From an uncultured Gemmatimonadaceae bacterium (lineage in GTDB: Bacteria > Gemmatimonadota > Gemmatimonadetes > Gemmatimonadales > Gemmatimonadaceae): a stretch of 64,000 nt of DNA. Shown here piece by piece: positions 34,603 through 44,769 of the stretch (its first letter is position 1; each line of letters opens with the position of its first letter). Where the stretch lies: positions 160,001-224,000 of the forward strand of contig CAWFQK010000001.1 of assembly GCA_963817955.1 (NCBI GenBank), read 5' to 3'. Both the position numbers and the translations under genes were made by a program. The notes below the pieces were generated by a model. The model had not been told where the DNA came from. It did not search any database and worked only from the letters and a program-made list of their open reading frames with translations.

Positions 34603-35700
34603 TCAACCCGACCCCTCGATCACGCCCCACGCCCCAACGCTCACTTCATCGACAATCCGCTGGTACTCCACACGATTCTCCATCAGCAGATTCGCCATAC
34701 GGTGTTCCCCGAAGCGTCGCAGGTGCGTCGCCATCATGCCGTCCCACCGGAGGTCCAACCGCTCCTGGAGCGCCAACCACTCCTTCGGCTGCGTGCCTTC
34801 GGGAAATGTCTGCGTGGCGCTCAGTCCATGCGTCCGCTCGATCGCCGTCATCGCGCGCGTCAGACGAGCGCATTCGCGGTCGACATCCCGCAACTCCAGG
34901 ACAACGTCGCTCACGATGCTATCGAGAAGTCCGAGCGACTCTTCGTAGGTGATGACTCCGAGCTCGCGCACGGTCTGCACCGCTGCCACGCCCGACGGAA
35001 CACCTTCGTTCCACATCACGTCAACGAACGCATGCCATTCCCTCACCGCTTCCCTGGAATTCTCCGTCGCCGACAATCCCACGATCCGCTCGCTGATGCG
35101 GACGACGGTTCTCGGATCCGGATCCGACTGAACATCCACCGCCTCCGGCGGCTTGTCGTCGACGAGCGTCAGCGATCCCTCGGCGCACAGCAGTCCATAC
35201 GCCTCGGGCCGGTCGAGCAGCATTTCGGCAAGACCAAACTCTCCGCGCGCGCGGTGAAACTCGGCTTCGAGCTCCTTCATTCGCCGCGCGATGGCCGCAT
35301 GGAGCTGTTCCTCATGCCATTTCGCCTGTGCTGCCGCGGTACCCTGCTTCGCGGCGTCACCGGCGTGCAGCGTCCAGTCAACCAATTCATTGAGGCGCCG
35401 CTGCAACTCGGCGTCATTGTCGTGGTACTCGTCCGAGCCGAGGTCATACAGCGACTGGAAAAGGTAGGCCGCTTCACCAGCGTCGAGCGTGTCCAGGTCA
35501 CGCAACGCCTGCGCGGCAGCGAATGCCGCGTCCCGGTACTCCCCCGACTTCTCGGCGCGATCGAGGAATTGCTCGAAGCGACGCTCTGATTCCGGTTGTG
35601 TTTCCGCGTCCGCGATCGCAGCGAGCGACTTCATTGCGGCGGTCACTCGCTTCCACGGCGGACGCACGGCAACGCCGGCAATGTTCGGTGAATTGGACAT
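34603..35700 (-). CDS. Hypothetical helical protein made of two homologous halves
   Basis: 365-aa ORF from ATG 35700; internal similarity AAQALRDL/AVQTVREL and GEFGLAEMLL/GEHRMANLLM. Confidence 0.7.
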   Translation of the reverse strand: MSNSPNIAGVAVRPPWKRVTAAMKSLAAIADAETQPESERRFEQFLDRAEKSGEYRDAAFAAAQALRDLDTLDAGEAAYLFQSLYDLGSDEYHDNDAELQRRLNELVDWTLHAGDAAKQGTAAAQAKWHEEQLHAAIARRMKELEAEFHRARGEFGLAEMLLDRPEAYGLLCAEGSLTLVDDKPPEAVDVQSDPDPRTVVRISERIVGLSATENSREAVREWHAFVDVMWNEGVPSGVAAVQTVRELGVITYEESLGLLDSIVSDVVLELRDVDRECARLTRAMTAIERTHGLSATQTFPEGTQPKEWLALQERLDLRWDGMMATHLRRFGEHRMANLLMENRVEYQRIVDEVSVGAWGVIEGSG

Positions 35701-35743
35701 ATTGAACTCCGGTTCGGTGCGTGGTCCGCCGGCGTACCCCCGC

Positions 35744-36034
35744 CTACCGCGTGGACAGCCGGACCTTTCCGGTACCGCCGCGCTTGGTCTTGCGCACGAT
35801 GATGTCGACGTCTTTGCCGAGGCGCGTGAGCGTGCGGATGAGCCGCTCCGCCGAGAACCCTCTGACATGGCCAGTCACCATCAGCGAAACCTGCGATGGA
35901 GCGTCGCGGATGATGTACGCCGCCTCCTGTTGTGTGAGTTCCCGTTCTTCGAGAATGCGCGAGACGGCCTTGGCCAATTCCGCCTTCGGAATGAGCTGCT
36001 CGACTCGTTTTCGCGGTCTGCGTGCCTTCGCCAT
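35744..36034 (-). CDS. XRE-family HTH protein (HTH_37/HigA-like)
   Basis: KAELAKAV...LTQQEAA...SQVS...FSAERLIRTLTRLGKDVDIIV; AAGGGG RBS. Confidence 0.85.
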   Translation of the reverse strand: MAKARRPRKRVEQLIPKAELAKAVSRILEERELTQQEAAYIIRDAPSQVSLMVTGHVRGFSAERLIRTLTRLGKDVDIIVRKTKRGGTGKVRLSTR

Positions 36035-36122
36035 GGTTTTTCCCCTTGAATGAATGAATGCTATATGAAGAATACCAGGAAACGTCGCGATCCGCCATAC
36101 TGGACATGGGACAACGCGATGC

Positions 36123-36153
36123 CCTGTCATCCTGAGCGAAGCGATGGATCTCT
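36123..36153 (+). repeat. REP-like repeat
   Basis: CCTGTCATCCTGAGCGAAGCGATGGATCTCT, same family as 17041-17072. Confidence 0.88.
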
Positions 36154-36667
36154 GTGAACGAAGAGCTAATGTAGAGACGCGAAGGGCGGCCAGGGTGGGC
36201 GGCGGCGAGCGGGGGGATGGCGCAAGCGATCGGGATGACGGGTGACTGTGATCAGTCATCAGTGCGGAGTTCTCAGACCTCAGTGACTGAGGACCCCGAC
36301 AGCCCTCGATTGGGCGAACAGACCCACGACCATCCACCCCCCAATCAGACGCGCGGCCGCGAAAGCCGACCCGAGCGAGGAGCCGTCGCCTTGTCGCGCG
36401 ACTGACGACTGACAACCCACCACTGGCCACTGACGACCTCACCCGCTGTCCCGATCGCGAGATCCCGCGTGTCGCTGCGGACCCAGTCTCAACGGTTCGG
36501 CGGTCCTCTGCGCTCTCCCCGGTAACCAGCTTCTCCACGGCCCCAGGAATCATCCATTCGCGCGCTCATCTCCGGGATGACCCTCCTTCGAGGTAAACGC
36601 GATTGAACTGGCATCAATTACGCTGGCAGGCATGTGCGTGTTCGAATCCGGCCGCCCCGCCGGTCAG

Positions 36668-36699
36668 AGAGATCCTTCGCTTTGCTCAGGATGACAGGC
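36668..36699 (-). repeat. REP-like repeat, inverted partner of 36123-36153
   Basis: AGAGATCCTTCGCTTTGCTCAGGATGACAGGC. Confidence 0.88.
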
Positions 36700-36703
36700 A
36701 CCG

Positions 36704-36738
36704 CGTGTCTCGTGTCTCGTGTCTTCGTGTCCCGTGTC
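36704..36738 (+). repeat. Heptamer tandem repeat (CGTGTCT)x5, imperfect
   Basis: CGTGTCT CGTGTCT CGTGTCTT CGTGTCC CGTGTC. Confidence 0.8.
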
Positions 36739-36768
36739 ATCGAACCCTCGCGCAGGTCACATTAGATC

Positions 36769-38409
36769 ATGGCCGAGTTCTATCAGGACGTACCCCGCCT
36801 CGACGACCAGTACGAGAGCGACCAGCTCCTGCGGCAGTACCTCCGCTGGCGCCTGCCGTCGTCCATGCTCGCCGAGATCGAGCCCGAGCTCCAGCGCCTC
36901 GGCGCGCGCGCCGCGACCGACATTCTCGCGCTCGGCGACGCCGCCGAGTCGGAGCCACCGCGACACGTGCCGTACGACGCTTGGGGGCGCCGTATCGACG
37001 AAGTTGTCGTGTCCGACGCCTGGCGCGAGCTCGACCGCATTTCCGCCGAGGAAGGCCTCGTCGCCACAGCGTACGAACGCCAGCATGGCGCGCAATCGCG
37101 CGTGCATCAGATGGCAAAGCTGTATCTCTTCCACGCCTCGTCGGCGACATACAGTTGCCCCCTTGCCATGGGCGATGGCGCGGCACGATTCATCGAGGTG
37201 TACGGCGGGGATGACGCCTGCGCACGTGACGCATTCGAGCATCTCACAACGCGCGACCCGGCACGGTTCTGGACCTCCGGCCAGTGGATGACGGAGCGCA
37301 CCGGCGGGTCCGATGTAGCGACCACGTCGACCATTGCGCGTTGGGACGAGGAGGCGAGAACGTTCCGGCTGTACGGCACCAAATGGTTCACCTCAGCGAC
37401 GTCGTCACAGATGGCCATGGCGCTCGCACGCATCGAGGGTGGCCCGTTGGGCGGCCGCGGCTTGAGCGTATTCCTCATCCAGCTGCGAAACCAGCAGGGT
37501 GCGCTACGCGACATCCGCGTGAATCGGCTCAAGGACAAGCTGGGCACGCGCGCGTTGCCGACGGCAGAGCTGACGCTCGAGGGCACGCCGGCAGTGCTGA
37601 TCGGGGGCGCGGGCAACGGCGTGCGGAAGATTGCCACATTGTTCAATGTCACGCGCATCTACAACGCCGTCGCCGCCGTATCGGGCATGCGCCGCGCTAT
37701 CGCACTGGCGCGCTCGTATGCGACTCGTCGCGTGGTGTTTCGCCAAACACTCATCGAACAGCCACTCCACGTTGAAACGCTCGCCGAGTTGGAGGCCCGT
37801 TTTCGCGCGTCCTTCCTGCTCACGTTCCAGACCGTGGAGCTGCTCGGCAAGGAAGAAGTGGGAGAAGCGAGCGACGCAGAGCTCGCGATTCTTCGGCTGC
37901 TCACGCCCGTCGCCAAACTGTACACGGGCAAGCAGGCCGTCGTCGTCGCGAGCGAGGCGCTCGAGGCGTTCGGCGGCGCGGGGTACATCGAGGATACCGG
38001 GTTGCCACGGCTGCTGCGCGACGCACAGGTACTGCCGATCTGGGAAGGAACGACCAACGTGCTCAGTCTCGACGTGTGGCGGGCCATTGAGCGGACTGGC
38101 GCGTTCGAGCCATGGCTGGCCAACGTGGACGAGCGGTTATCGGCGGTAACAGGCGGAGCGCTCAGTAGCGCCGTGGGTCGCGTGAGCGATGCGGCGGCGC
38201 GGGTTGGACGCTACGTCGCGCGGGCACAAACCGACGCGGCACGCCAGGCCGGCGCGCGGCGGTTGGCGTTCGCCATCGCGCGCGTGACTGCGGCGGTGGG
38301 CCTCATGGAATACGCGGCCTGGAATGGTGCGGACACTGACGCCATGAATGTTGCCCTGCGCTGGACCGACCGCGACCTGGCGCCGGGGCTCACAGCGCCG
38401 CGCGAATGA
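36769..38409 (+). CDS. Acyl-CoA dehydrogenase (AidB-like)
   Basis: CPLAMGDG, GQWMTERTGGSDV, GTKWFTS, LKDKLGT, IWEGTTNV. Confidence 0.92.
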   Translation: MAEFYQDVPRLDDQYESDQLLRQYLRWRLPSSMLAEIEPELQRLGARAATDILALGDAAESEPPRHVPYDAWGRRIDEVVVSDAWRELDRISAEEGLVATAYERQHGAQSRVHQMAKLYLFHASSATYSCPLAMGDGAARFIEVYGGDDACARDAFEHLTTRDPARFWTSGQWMTERTGGSDVATTSTIARWDEEARTFRLYGTKWFTSATSSQMAMALARIEGGPLGGRGLSVFLIQLRNQQGALRDIRVNRLKDKLGTRALPTAELTLEGTPAVLIGGAGNGVRKIATLFNVTRIYNAVAAVSGMRRAIALARSYATRRVVFRQTLIEQPLHVETLAELEARFRASFLLTFQTVELLGKEEVGEASDAELAILRLLTPVAKLYTGKQAVVVASEALEAFGGAGYIEDTGLPRLLRDAQVLPIWEGTTNVLSLDVWRAIERTGAFEPWLANVDERLSAVTGGALSSAVGRVSDAAARVGRYVARAQTDAARQAGARRLAFAIARVTAAVGLMEYAAWNGADTDAMNVALRWTDRDLAPGLTAPRE

Positions 38410-41368
38410 AATGCGCAATGCGTCTGAGGAGATCTGACTGGGGCGGCACGAACGCGTTCAGTTCCGTCTGGTTCTCGATCCACTGACTGCGAGCCATCAG
38501 CTCGAAGAGATCGGCCAGTCCGGCGGAGGCGGCCAGTCCGGAAACGATGAGGGTCGTCTCGGCGTCGGACACGATCCCGCGCGTATCCTGGTTCTGCGTC
38601 CCGAGGCTGAAGTAGAAGCTCATGCGCTTCCGCTCGCTCTCCGGCAGAGTCTGCTCGTACCCACGAAAGAGTACATCCGCACTGCGCGCCGCTGTTGAAT
38701 CGATGTCCGGGTTCGTCCATCCGAGCTGCTCCTCGAAACGCGCCGTGATCTGCGACTCGACGCGAATGGTCCGCGCCAACACCACATCCCAGCCTGGTTG
38801 CCGAACCAGCGCCGCGATCGCGCCAGGCCGCGCGACGAGCTGCGACTTCTGATGGAGCTGCGGAGCGCGTGGCTTTTCGTCATGTGCCAACGCGGTTGCG
38901 TCTTTGCCCGTCGAGGCGGTCGCTTCGGCCTGCTGGAGCACCGCCAGGGTCTGGTCGTCGAACGGGATGACGGCACGGATCCACGGTGCGCGCACGAGTC
39001 CCTGCCGTACCTCGCGTGCGCGGCCTGCGGCGTCATCCACCTGCGCGTGCGCCGCGAACACCGCCACGCGTAGATCGCCGCCGGCGCCCTGGATCTGTGG
39101 GGCGAGCAAACGGCGTACATCCAGGAGTCGTTGCAATACGTCATGCTGCAACGCCATCAACGGTGCCTGCGGACTCGGCGCGTTCGCCTCCGCAGGCGCG
39201 ATCACATACACGCGGCATCCGCGAGCGGCGGCACCGGCCAACATCCCCGCCCAGGCGTTGCTGAGCCACATCGGGTCGGGAACGATGATCACGCTCCCTG
39301 GCGGCGCGAGATCATACAGCATGGCGCGCGCGACCGACGATTCCTTCGGCGCAAATCCAACCTCGTTGTTCACCTGCAGCGTCCGGCCAACGTAGTCACC
39401 GACGTTCATGCGGTCTTCCTCGCCCCGAACGCTCGCGACCGCGCGTAGCGGCACTGGAATGTCCGCCTCCGAGAAGCCGTTGCGGATGAGCGCAATTCGC
39501 ACCGCGCGACGCACCTCGAGTGTCGCCGGGCCGCGCAGACGGTATCCGCGGTCTTCCCACGTCGCGCTCGCGTAGTGTTCGCCAATGCCCACACCCATCA
39601 GCAACATGGCGCCGCGGTAGGGATCGGCCTCGTTCAAATCGTAGAACACGATCTTGCGGTGGTCCCGCATGACGTTGTCCGGCGTGAACGGCAGCCCGGG
39701 AATGATGTGACTGCTGCGGAAGGAGAAATCGCTCTGCTCCACGATGTTGACGTGCACCTTGATCAGGCCTCGGAGCCAACGCTCACCTTCGCCGCTCGCC
39801 GCCGCCGCGGCCTGCAACCGCGTCGACGAAGCGACGGCGGCGCGGAGCGCCGTTTGGCGGGCACGTAGATGCGCTTCGCGCTGGCCGCTGTCGCCGCGCA
39901 GACGCATGGAGGCGTGCAGCGGGTCTTCCAGAATCGTCATCCACAGCCGGTTGTCGCGTGGCTCGTAGAAGAACTGATCCTGTAGAATGACATAGGTGGG
40001 AAACACACCCGTGCTGTCGTAGCGCTTCACAGCCGCGGTCAGTGCCGGCAAGTAGGCATCGGCCACCATGCTGTACCCGATGTTGTCGATCGCGCCCGAC
40101 ACGCGCCGCCCGGTGAAGTCGTGCGTCCAGAGGACGTGATAGTCTCGGGCAGCATAGATAGAGCGGGCAATTTCCAGCGGCAGATCGGAGGTCCGGAGAT
40201 AAGTGAGCGCGTTGCGGTCGGTGAACGGGTGGCCGACGGCCCGCGCGATGAGCGAGTCCAGCTTCGCCTGTCCGTCGTAGTCCGCGGGCTCGAGTGCGAG
40301 CTTCAGCGGCAGCCAAACGAGCCGTGAATCCTTCGCATCGCCGAGCAAATCGCCATTCACGCGCCCAATGACGTTCATCCAGTCCGCAAAGGCGGACAGC
40401 AGCGCCGGCTTCGCCGCCGCGGGTGCATTCGAGGAGTCGTTCAGCCACCGCCGCATCTCGGCGGTCGCGGCGTTGGTGAGCGGGGTCAGGTCTCTCGGAT
40501 CAGCCTTCGCTTGTCCGAAGAGCGAGTCCAGCGGGAGCACGACGCGGTCGAATAGCGCGATGCGTCCGCGATGCACGACTCGCCGTGCGGTCGCATCGTC
40601 GCTGACCGAGCCGAACAGTTTCACGAGCCCCGCGTCGTAGAGCGCCAGCGCCTGAGTGTACCCCAATCCGGTACGTGCGATCGTCCGCACCGCGCGATCC
40701 GAGTAGGCGTTCGTGTACCCGGCAATCGCGTCAACAGCCCTGATGATATCGTTCAGCGGCGCCCCGGCAGGTGCCGCCCGAACGGGTACCGTCAATTCGT
40801 TTGGGGAGGACCCGCTCGACAAGTGGACGTCGGATTGACGTGGCCGCGTACGGCCGGCGAGCGGCTGGAAGAGCGGAACCGTGAGGCCAATGGAGACGGA
40901 TTGGGAGCGTGTCGGCAGCCAATCGACGCGCACCATGCTTCCGTGGGTGAGGATTCCACCGCGTAGAATGGCGCTCTGAAAGCTGAGAATCGGGGCGACA
41001 TTGCCCGGGCGGGCGTTCCAGTCTATTCCCGCCGACAAGCCCAGCGCACGGGCTGTCGCGAACAGATGTCCGCCCAGCGCAGCTCCATCTCTATCCGCTA
41101 CATACGCTTCGCCGGTGATGCCGAGCAACCCAGCGACTGGATCGACCAACGCGCGATAGACGCCATAGCCCAGCGACACACCGGTTCCGCCGGTCATTCC
41201 CCGCAACGAGGCGAGCGCGCTTGCCTCCTGTTGCCACTGCACTGGCTGACCGATGGAGAAAGGCAGCGCACTCCCGCTCTGCGCGTGCGTAACAACGGGC
41301 CACAGAGCGATGTATGTCACGAGTAGCACCACTCGGCCGATACTCTGTAGCATCGCGGTCGCCTCCAT
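38390..41368 (-). CDS. Large secreted phospholipase D superfamily protein
   Basis: Signal peptide; HRKIVFYD (HxKx4D), second HQK and GTQN; N-terminal beta-strand-rich region. Confidence 0.65.
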   Translation of the reverse strand: MEATAMLQSIGRVVLLVTYIALWPVVTHAQSGSALPFSIGQPVQWQQEASALASLRGMTGGTGVSLGYGVYRALVDPVAGLLGITGEAYVADRDGAALGGHLFATARALGLSAGIDWNARPGNVAPILSFQSAILRGGILTHGSMVRVDWLPTRSQSVSIGLTVPLFQPLAGRTRPRQSDVHLSSGSSPNELTVPVRAAPAGAPLNDIIRAVDAIAGYTNAYSDRAVRTIARTGLGYTQALALYDAGLVKLFGSVSDDATARRVVHRGRIALFDRVVLPLDSLFGQAKADPRDLTPLTNAATAEMRRWLNDSSNAPAAAKPALLSAFADWMNVIGRVNGDLLGDAKDSRLVWLPLKLALEPADYDGQAKLDSLIARAVGHPFTDRNALTYLRTSDLPLEIARSIYAARDYHVLWTHDFTGRRVSGAIDNIGYSMVADAYLPALTAAVKRYDSTGVFPTYVILQDQFFYEPRDNRLWMTILEDPLHASMRLRGDSGQREAHLRARQTALRAAVASSTRLQAAAAASGEGERWLRGLIKVHVNIVEQSDFSFRSSHIIPGLPFTPDNVMRDHRKIVFYDLNEADPYRGAMLLMGVGIGEHYASATWEDRGYRLRGPATLEVRRAVRIALIRNGFSEADIPVPLRAVASVRGEEDRMNVGDYVGRTLQVNNEVGFAPKESSVARAMLYDLAPPGSVIIVPDPMWLSNAWAGMLAGAAARGCRVYVIAPAEANAPSPQAPLMALQHDVLQRLLDVRRLLAPQIQGAGGDLRVAVFAAHAQVDDAAGRAREVRQGLVRAPWIRAVIPFDDQTLAVLQQAEATASTGKDATALAHDEKPRAPQLHQKSQLVARPGAIAALVRQPGWDVVLARTIRVESQITARFEEQLGWTNPDIDSTAARSADVLFRGYEQTLPESERKRMSFYFSLGTQNQDTRGIVSDAETTLIVSGLAASAGLADLFELMARSQWIENQTELNAFVPPQSDLLRRIAHFIRAAL

Positions 41369-41616
41369 GTGGTACGTGGTCGCTGGTATCGCCGTCCCAA
41401 CGTCGAACTCGCCAATCAGCGAGCAAGAGGCGTGCTGAACGCTGGGTGACGGGGGCCGCGCCAGATCGTCATCATTTGTTCACAGGTCCGGCGCCACCCT
41501 TCAGTTCATGGCCAACCAACCATTTCGCGCGCTGATCGAGCCTGCGAACACGAAGTGCTCGAGGCAGAACACCGCCGCGTCGCGCTCGCGCTCACCAACC
41601 TGCGCGCGGGCACGTA

Positions 41617-44600
41617 ATGTCGATGCTCTCTGTTGACGCATTCGATGGCGCAAGCCCGGTCCAGAACATGTATCGCATCATGTTCCAGGACCACCCACAA
41701 CCAATGTGGGTGTACGACGCCGATACGCTCGCATTCCTCGCCGTGAACGAGGCCGCCGTGCGCCGCTACGGGTATTCACGCGCCGAGTTTCTGCGATTGA
41801 ACATCCGGAACATCCGGCCCGAAGAAGATATCGATGCGTTCCATACCCTGTTCAAGACACCGTTCCCCGCCACGGTGAATCATGGTGTGTGGCGGCACCG
41901 CACCAAGAGCGGGAGTATCATCGACACTGAAGTCATGTCCGCCGCGACCACGTTTAGCGGACGCGCCGCACGCATGGTGCTCGCCCAGGATGTCACCATA
42001 CAATTGCGCGCCGAACGCCTTCAGGCACGCGCCCTTGCGACGATCGAAGCGATCGTCGAGGCGTCGCCGCTGGCGATCGTGGGGATGGACGCGGCACACC
42101 ACGTCACGATCTGGAACCCCGCGGCGGAGCTGCTCTTCGGGTGGCGGCGCGACGAGGTCCTCGACCGTCCGCTCCCGTATCTACCAACAGGCCACGAGCA
42201 GCAGTTCCAACACATCGACCAAGAGTTGGCCACCGGTAACAAAGTGGTCGGCGTCGAAACCAAGCGCGTGCGCAAGGATGGCGCGACCGTTGATGTACTC
42301 CTGTCCATCACCGCGCTACCCGCTGAGGACGGCGGAGCGCCCGGCGCGGTAGCGCTGTTCGTCGACATCAGCGCGCGCAAGCTCGCCGAGGAATGGACAT
42401 TGACGGCGCTCTCTGCCGCGGACACCGAGCGGCGTCGGCTCGAGGCGGTGCTCGAAGCGCTTCCCGTCGGCGTCTGCATCGCCAATCTGGACGGGGTGCT
42501 GACACAGGCCAACAGCGAATCCTGCCGCATCTGGGGCAGCTCGATTTCTCATCCCACGAGCTTCGCCGAGCTCACAAAGAACAAAGCCTGGCAGGCGGAC
42601 AGCGGCGAAGCGCTCGCGCCCGGCGACTGGGCGGTTGCGCGTTTGTTGCGTGGCGATCGAGTGGACCAAAGCGAAGTGCTGGAGATCGAACGAGCGGATG
42701 GCACACACGGCTTCGTGTTGAATTCCGTTGCGCCCATCATCGGGGTGGATGGGAGTATGGCGGGCGTCGTGAATGTGAATGTGGACGTGACGGCGCAGCG
42801 TGAGGCAACCCGCGAGCGGGAGCGCCTCCTCTCGAATCTCGAATGGGAGCGGCAGCGCCTGGCGACACTCTTCCAACAGGCGCCGGCGTTCATCGCCGTG
42901 CTGCGCGGCCCGGATCACATCTTCGAGCTGGCCAACGACGCCTACATGGAGCTGGTGGGCGACCGCCGCGCAATCATCGGCAAGCCCGCCGCTGAGGCAT
43001 TGCCGGAGATCGTCGAGCAGGGCTTCGCGCGCGTGCTCGACGAGGTCTATGCCACCGGCAAGGCCTTCACCGCGAATCGCATGCGCGTGTGGCTGCACCG
43101 CATTCCAGGCGGTGTCCCCGAAGAGCGTTTCTTGAACTTCGTGTACCGGGCCATGGAGGAAGTCGACGGCACGCGATCCGGCATCCTCGTCCATGGGGTG
43201 GACGTGACGGAGCACGTGCGCGCCGGCGAATCGCTGGCGCAGAGCGAGGAACGTTACCGAACGCTCGTGGAGCTGTCGCCGGATGGAATCGTGATTCACG
43301 CCGACGGCATCATCGTATTCGCGAACGCCGCCGCTGCTCGCATGGCCCGCGCTCAGCGGTCCGGGGATCTGGTGGGAAGACCAGCGATGGACTTCGTCAC
43401 ACCCGAAAGCCGTTCGGTGGTGGCAGAACGTTGGGCCGCTATGGCGGCGGGAGGCGACGCCCCGGCCATGGAACAGCAGTGGCGTCGACTGGACGGCCGA
43501 ACGACCTACGTGGAAGTCACGTCGACACCGCTCCACTTCGACAACCAGCCGGCCATTCAGACCATCTTCCGCGACGTCACCGAACGGCGGAACCTCGAGG
43601 AGCAGTTGCGCCAATCACAGAAGATGGAAGCCGTTGGCCGACTTGCCGGCGGCGTGGCGCACGACTTCAACAACATGCTCACCGTGATCAAGGCGAACGC
43701 CGAGTTCCTGTTGGGCGAGAGCGTGCCGGGTGACGAGCGGTACCGCGATGCACTGGAGATTCGGAAAGCGGCCGAACGCGCGGCGGCGTTGACGCGCCAG
43801 TTGCTGGCGTTCTCGCGTAAGCAAATTCTCAAGCCCCAGTTGCTCGACATGAACGAGATCGTGTCTGGCATCCTGCCCATGGTCTCGCGTCTCGTCGGCG
43901 AAGACGTGCTCATCGAGCATCATCTGGCGGCGGGCGAGCTGCTCGCCATGGCGGACCCGGGGCAGATCGAGCAGGTGATTCTCAATCTCATCGTGAATGC
44001 GCGCGACGCCATGAAGCACGGCGGCTGCCTGACCATCGAGACCGCCGCGGTCGATCGTCTACCGCCCAACTGTGACACGGGGCCGGACGAGCGGCGCGGC
44101 CCGTATGTCCTGCTCGCGATCCGGGACACCGGCATCGGGATGAACACGGATGTGCAAGCCCGCGCGTTCGAGCCGTTCTTCACCACCAAGGCGGTGGGCG
44201 AAGGGACCGGGCTTGGGCTGTCCACCGTCTATGGTATTGTCAAGCAATCGGCCGGGCACGTCACCGTCACGTCGGCGCCGGGCGCTGGCACCACGATCTC
44301 CGTCTACCTGCCTCGCGCCGATGAGCGCGGCGTTGAACGCGCCAAGCCGCGGGCGCCGGTCGTGCTGCAGCCGGCGGCGACCGGCACCGTTCTGCTCGTC
44401 GAGGACGAAGACTCGGTCCGCGCCGTGGTCCAACGCGCGTTGTCTTCCTGTGGCTACACGGTCCTGGCCGCGAACGGTGGCCATGAGGCCCTGTCGATTC
44501 TCGAACAGCACGGCGACGACATCGAGCTCGTGCTCACCGACATGATCATGCCCTATATGACGGGCCGCGCCCTCGTCGATACCGTGCACGCGACGCATCC

Positions 44601-44769
44601 CAACATGCCAGCGCTCTACATGTCCGGCTACACCGACGCCGAGATCGTGCAGCGTGGCGTGCTCGACCCCGGCGTCTCCTTTCTGCAGAAGCCGTTCACA
44701 CCAGACGCCGTCTGTGAAGCGGTCCGCGCCGCGCTTGCGGCGGCCGGCCGCACCAGTGACCATGGATGA
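41617..44769 (+). CDS. Multi-PAS hybrid sensor histidine kinase/response regulator
   Basis: About five PAS-like domains, GGVAHDFNN, NARDA, FFTTK, GTGLGL, REC (VEDE, TDMIMP, KPF). Confidence 0.95.
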   Translation: MSMLSVDAFDGASPVQNMYRIMFQDHPQPMWVYDADTLAFLAVNEAAVRRYGYSRAEFLRLNIRNIRPEEDIDAFHTLFKTPFPATVNHGVWRHRTKSGSIIDTEVMSAATTFSGRAARMVLAQDVTIQLRAERLQARALATIEAIVEASPLAIVGMDAAHHVTIWNPAAELLFGWRRDEVLDRPLPYLPTGHEQQFQHIDQELATGNKVVGVETKRVRKDGATVDVLLSITALPAEDGGAPGAVALFVDISARKLAEEWTLTALSAADTERRRLEAVLEALPVGVCIANLDGVLTQANSESCRIWGSSISHPTSFAELTKNKAWQADSGEALAPGDWAVARLLRGDRVDQSEVLEIERADGTHGFVLNSVAPIIGVDGSMAGVVNVNVDVTAQREATRERERLLSNLEWERQRLATLFQQAPAFIAVLRGPDHIFELANDAYMELVGDRRAIIGKPAAEALPEIVEQGFARVLDEVYATGKAFTANRMRVWLHRIPGGVPEERFLNFVYRAMEEVDGTRSGILVHGVDVTEHVRAGESLAQSEERYRTLVELSPDGIVIHADGIIVFANAAAARMARAQRSGDLVGRPAMDFVTPESRSVVAERWAAMAAGGDAPAMEQQWRRLDGRTTYVEVTSTPLHFDNQPAIQTIFRDVTERRNLEEQLRQSQKMEAVGRLAGGVAHDFNNMLTVIKANAEFLLGESVPGDERYRDALEIRKAAERAAALTRQLLAFSRKQILKPQLLDMNEIVSGILPMVSRLVGEDVLIEHHLAAGELLAMADPGQIEQVILNLIVNARDAMKHGGCLTIETAAVDRLPPNCDTGPDERRGPYVLLAIRDTGIGMNTDVQARAFEPFFTTKAVGEGTGLGLSTVYGIVKQSAGHVTVTSAPGAGTTISVYLPRADERGVERAKPRAPVVLQPAATGTVLLVEDEDSVRAVVQRALSSCGYTVLAANGGHEALSILEQHGDDIELVLTDMIMPYMTGRALVDTVHATHPNMPALYMSGYTDAEIVQRGVLDPGVSFLQKPFTPDAVCEAVRAALAAAGRTSDHG

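Noticed and set aside
36035..36553. Long N-terminal extension of the XRE ORF
   Set aside because: It reads through REP and non-coding repeats; an RBS precedes ATG 36034.
42316..43614. Long antisense ORFs (also 4804-5967, 20190-21341, 28133-29338, 45047-46150, 46257-47372)
   Set aside because: Shadow frames of GC-rich genes on the opposite strand, with no motifs.
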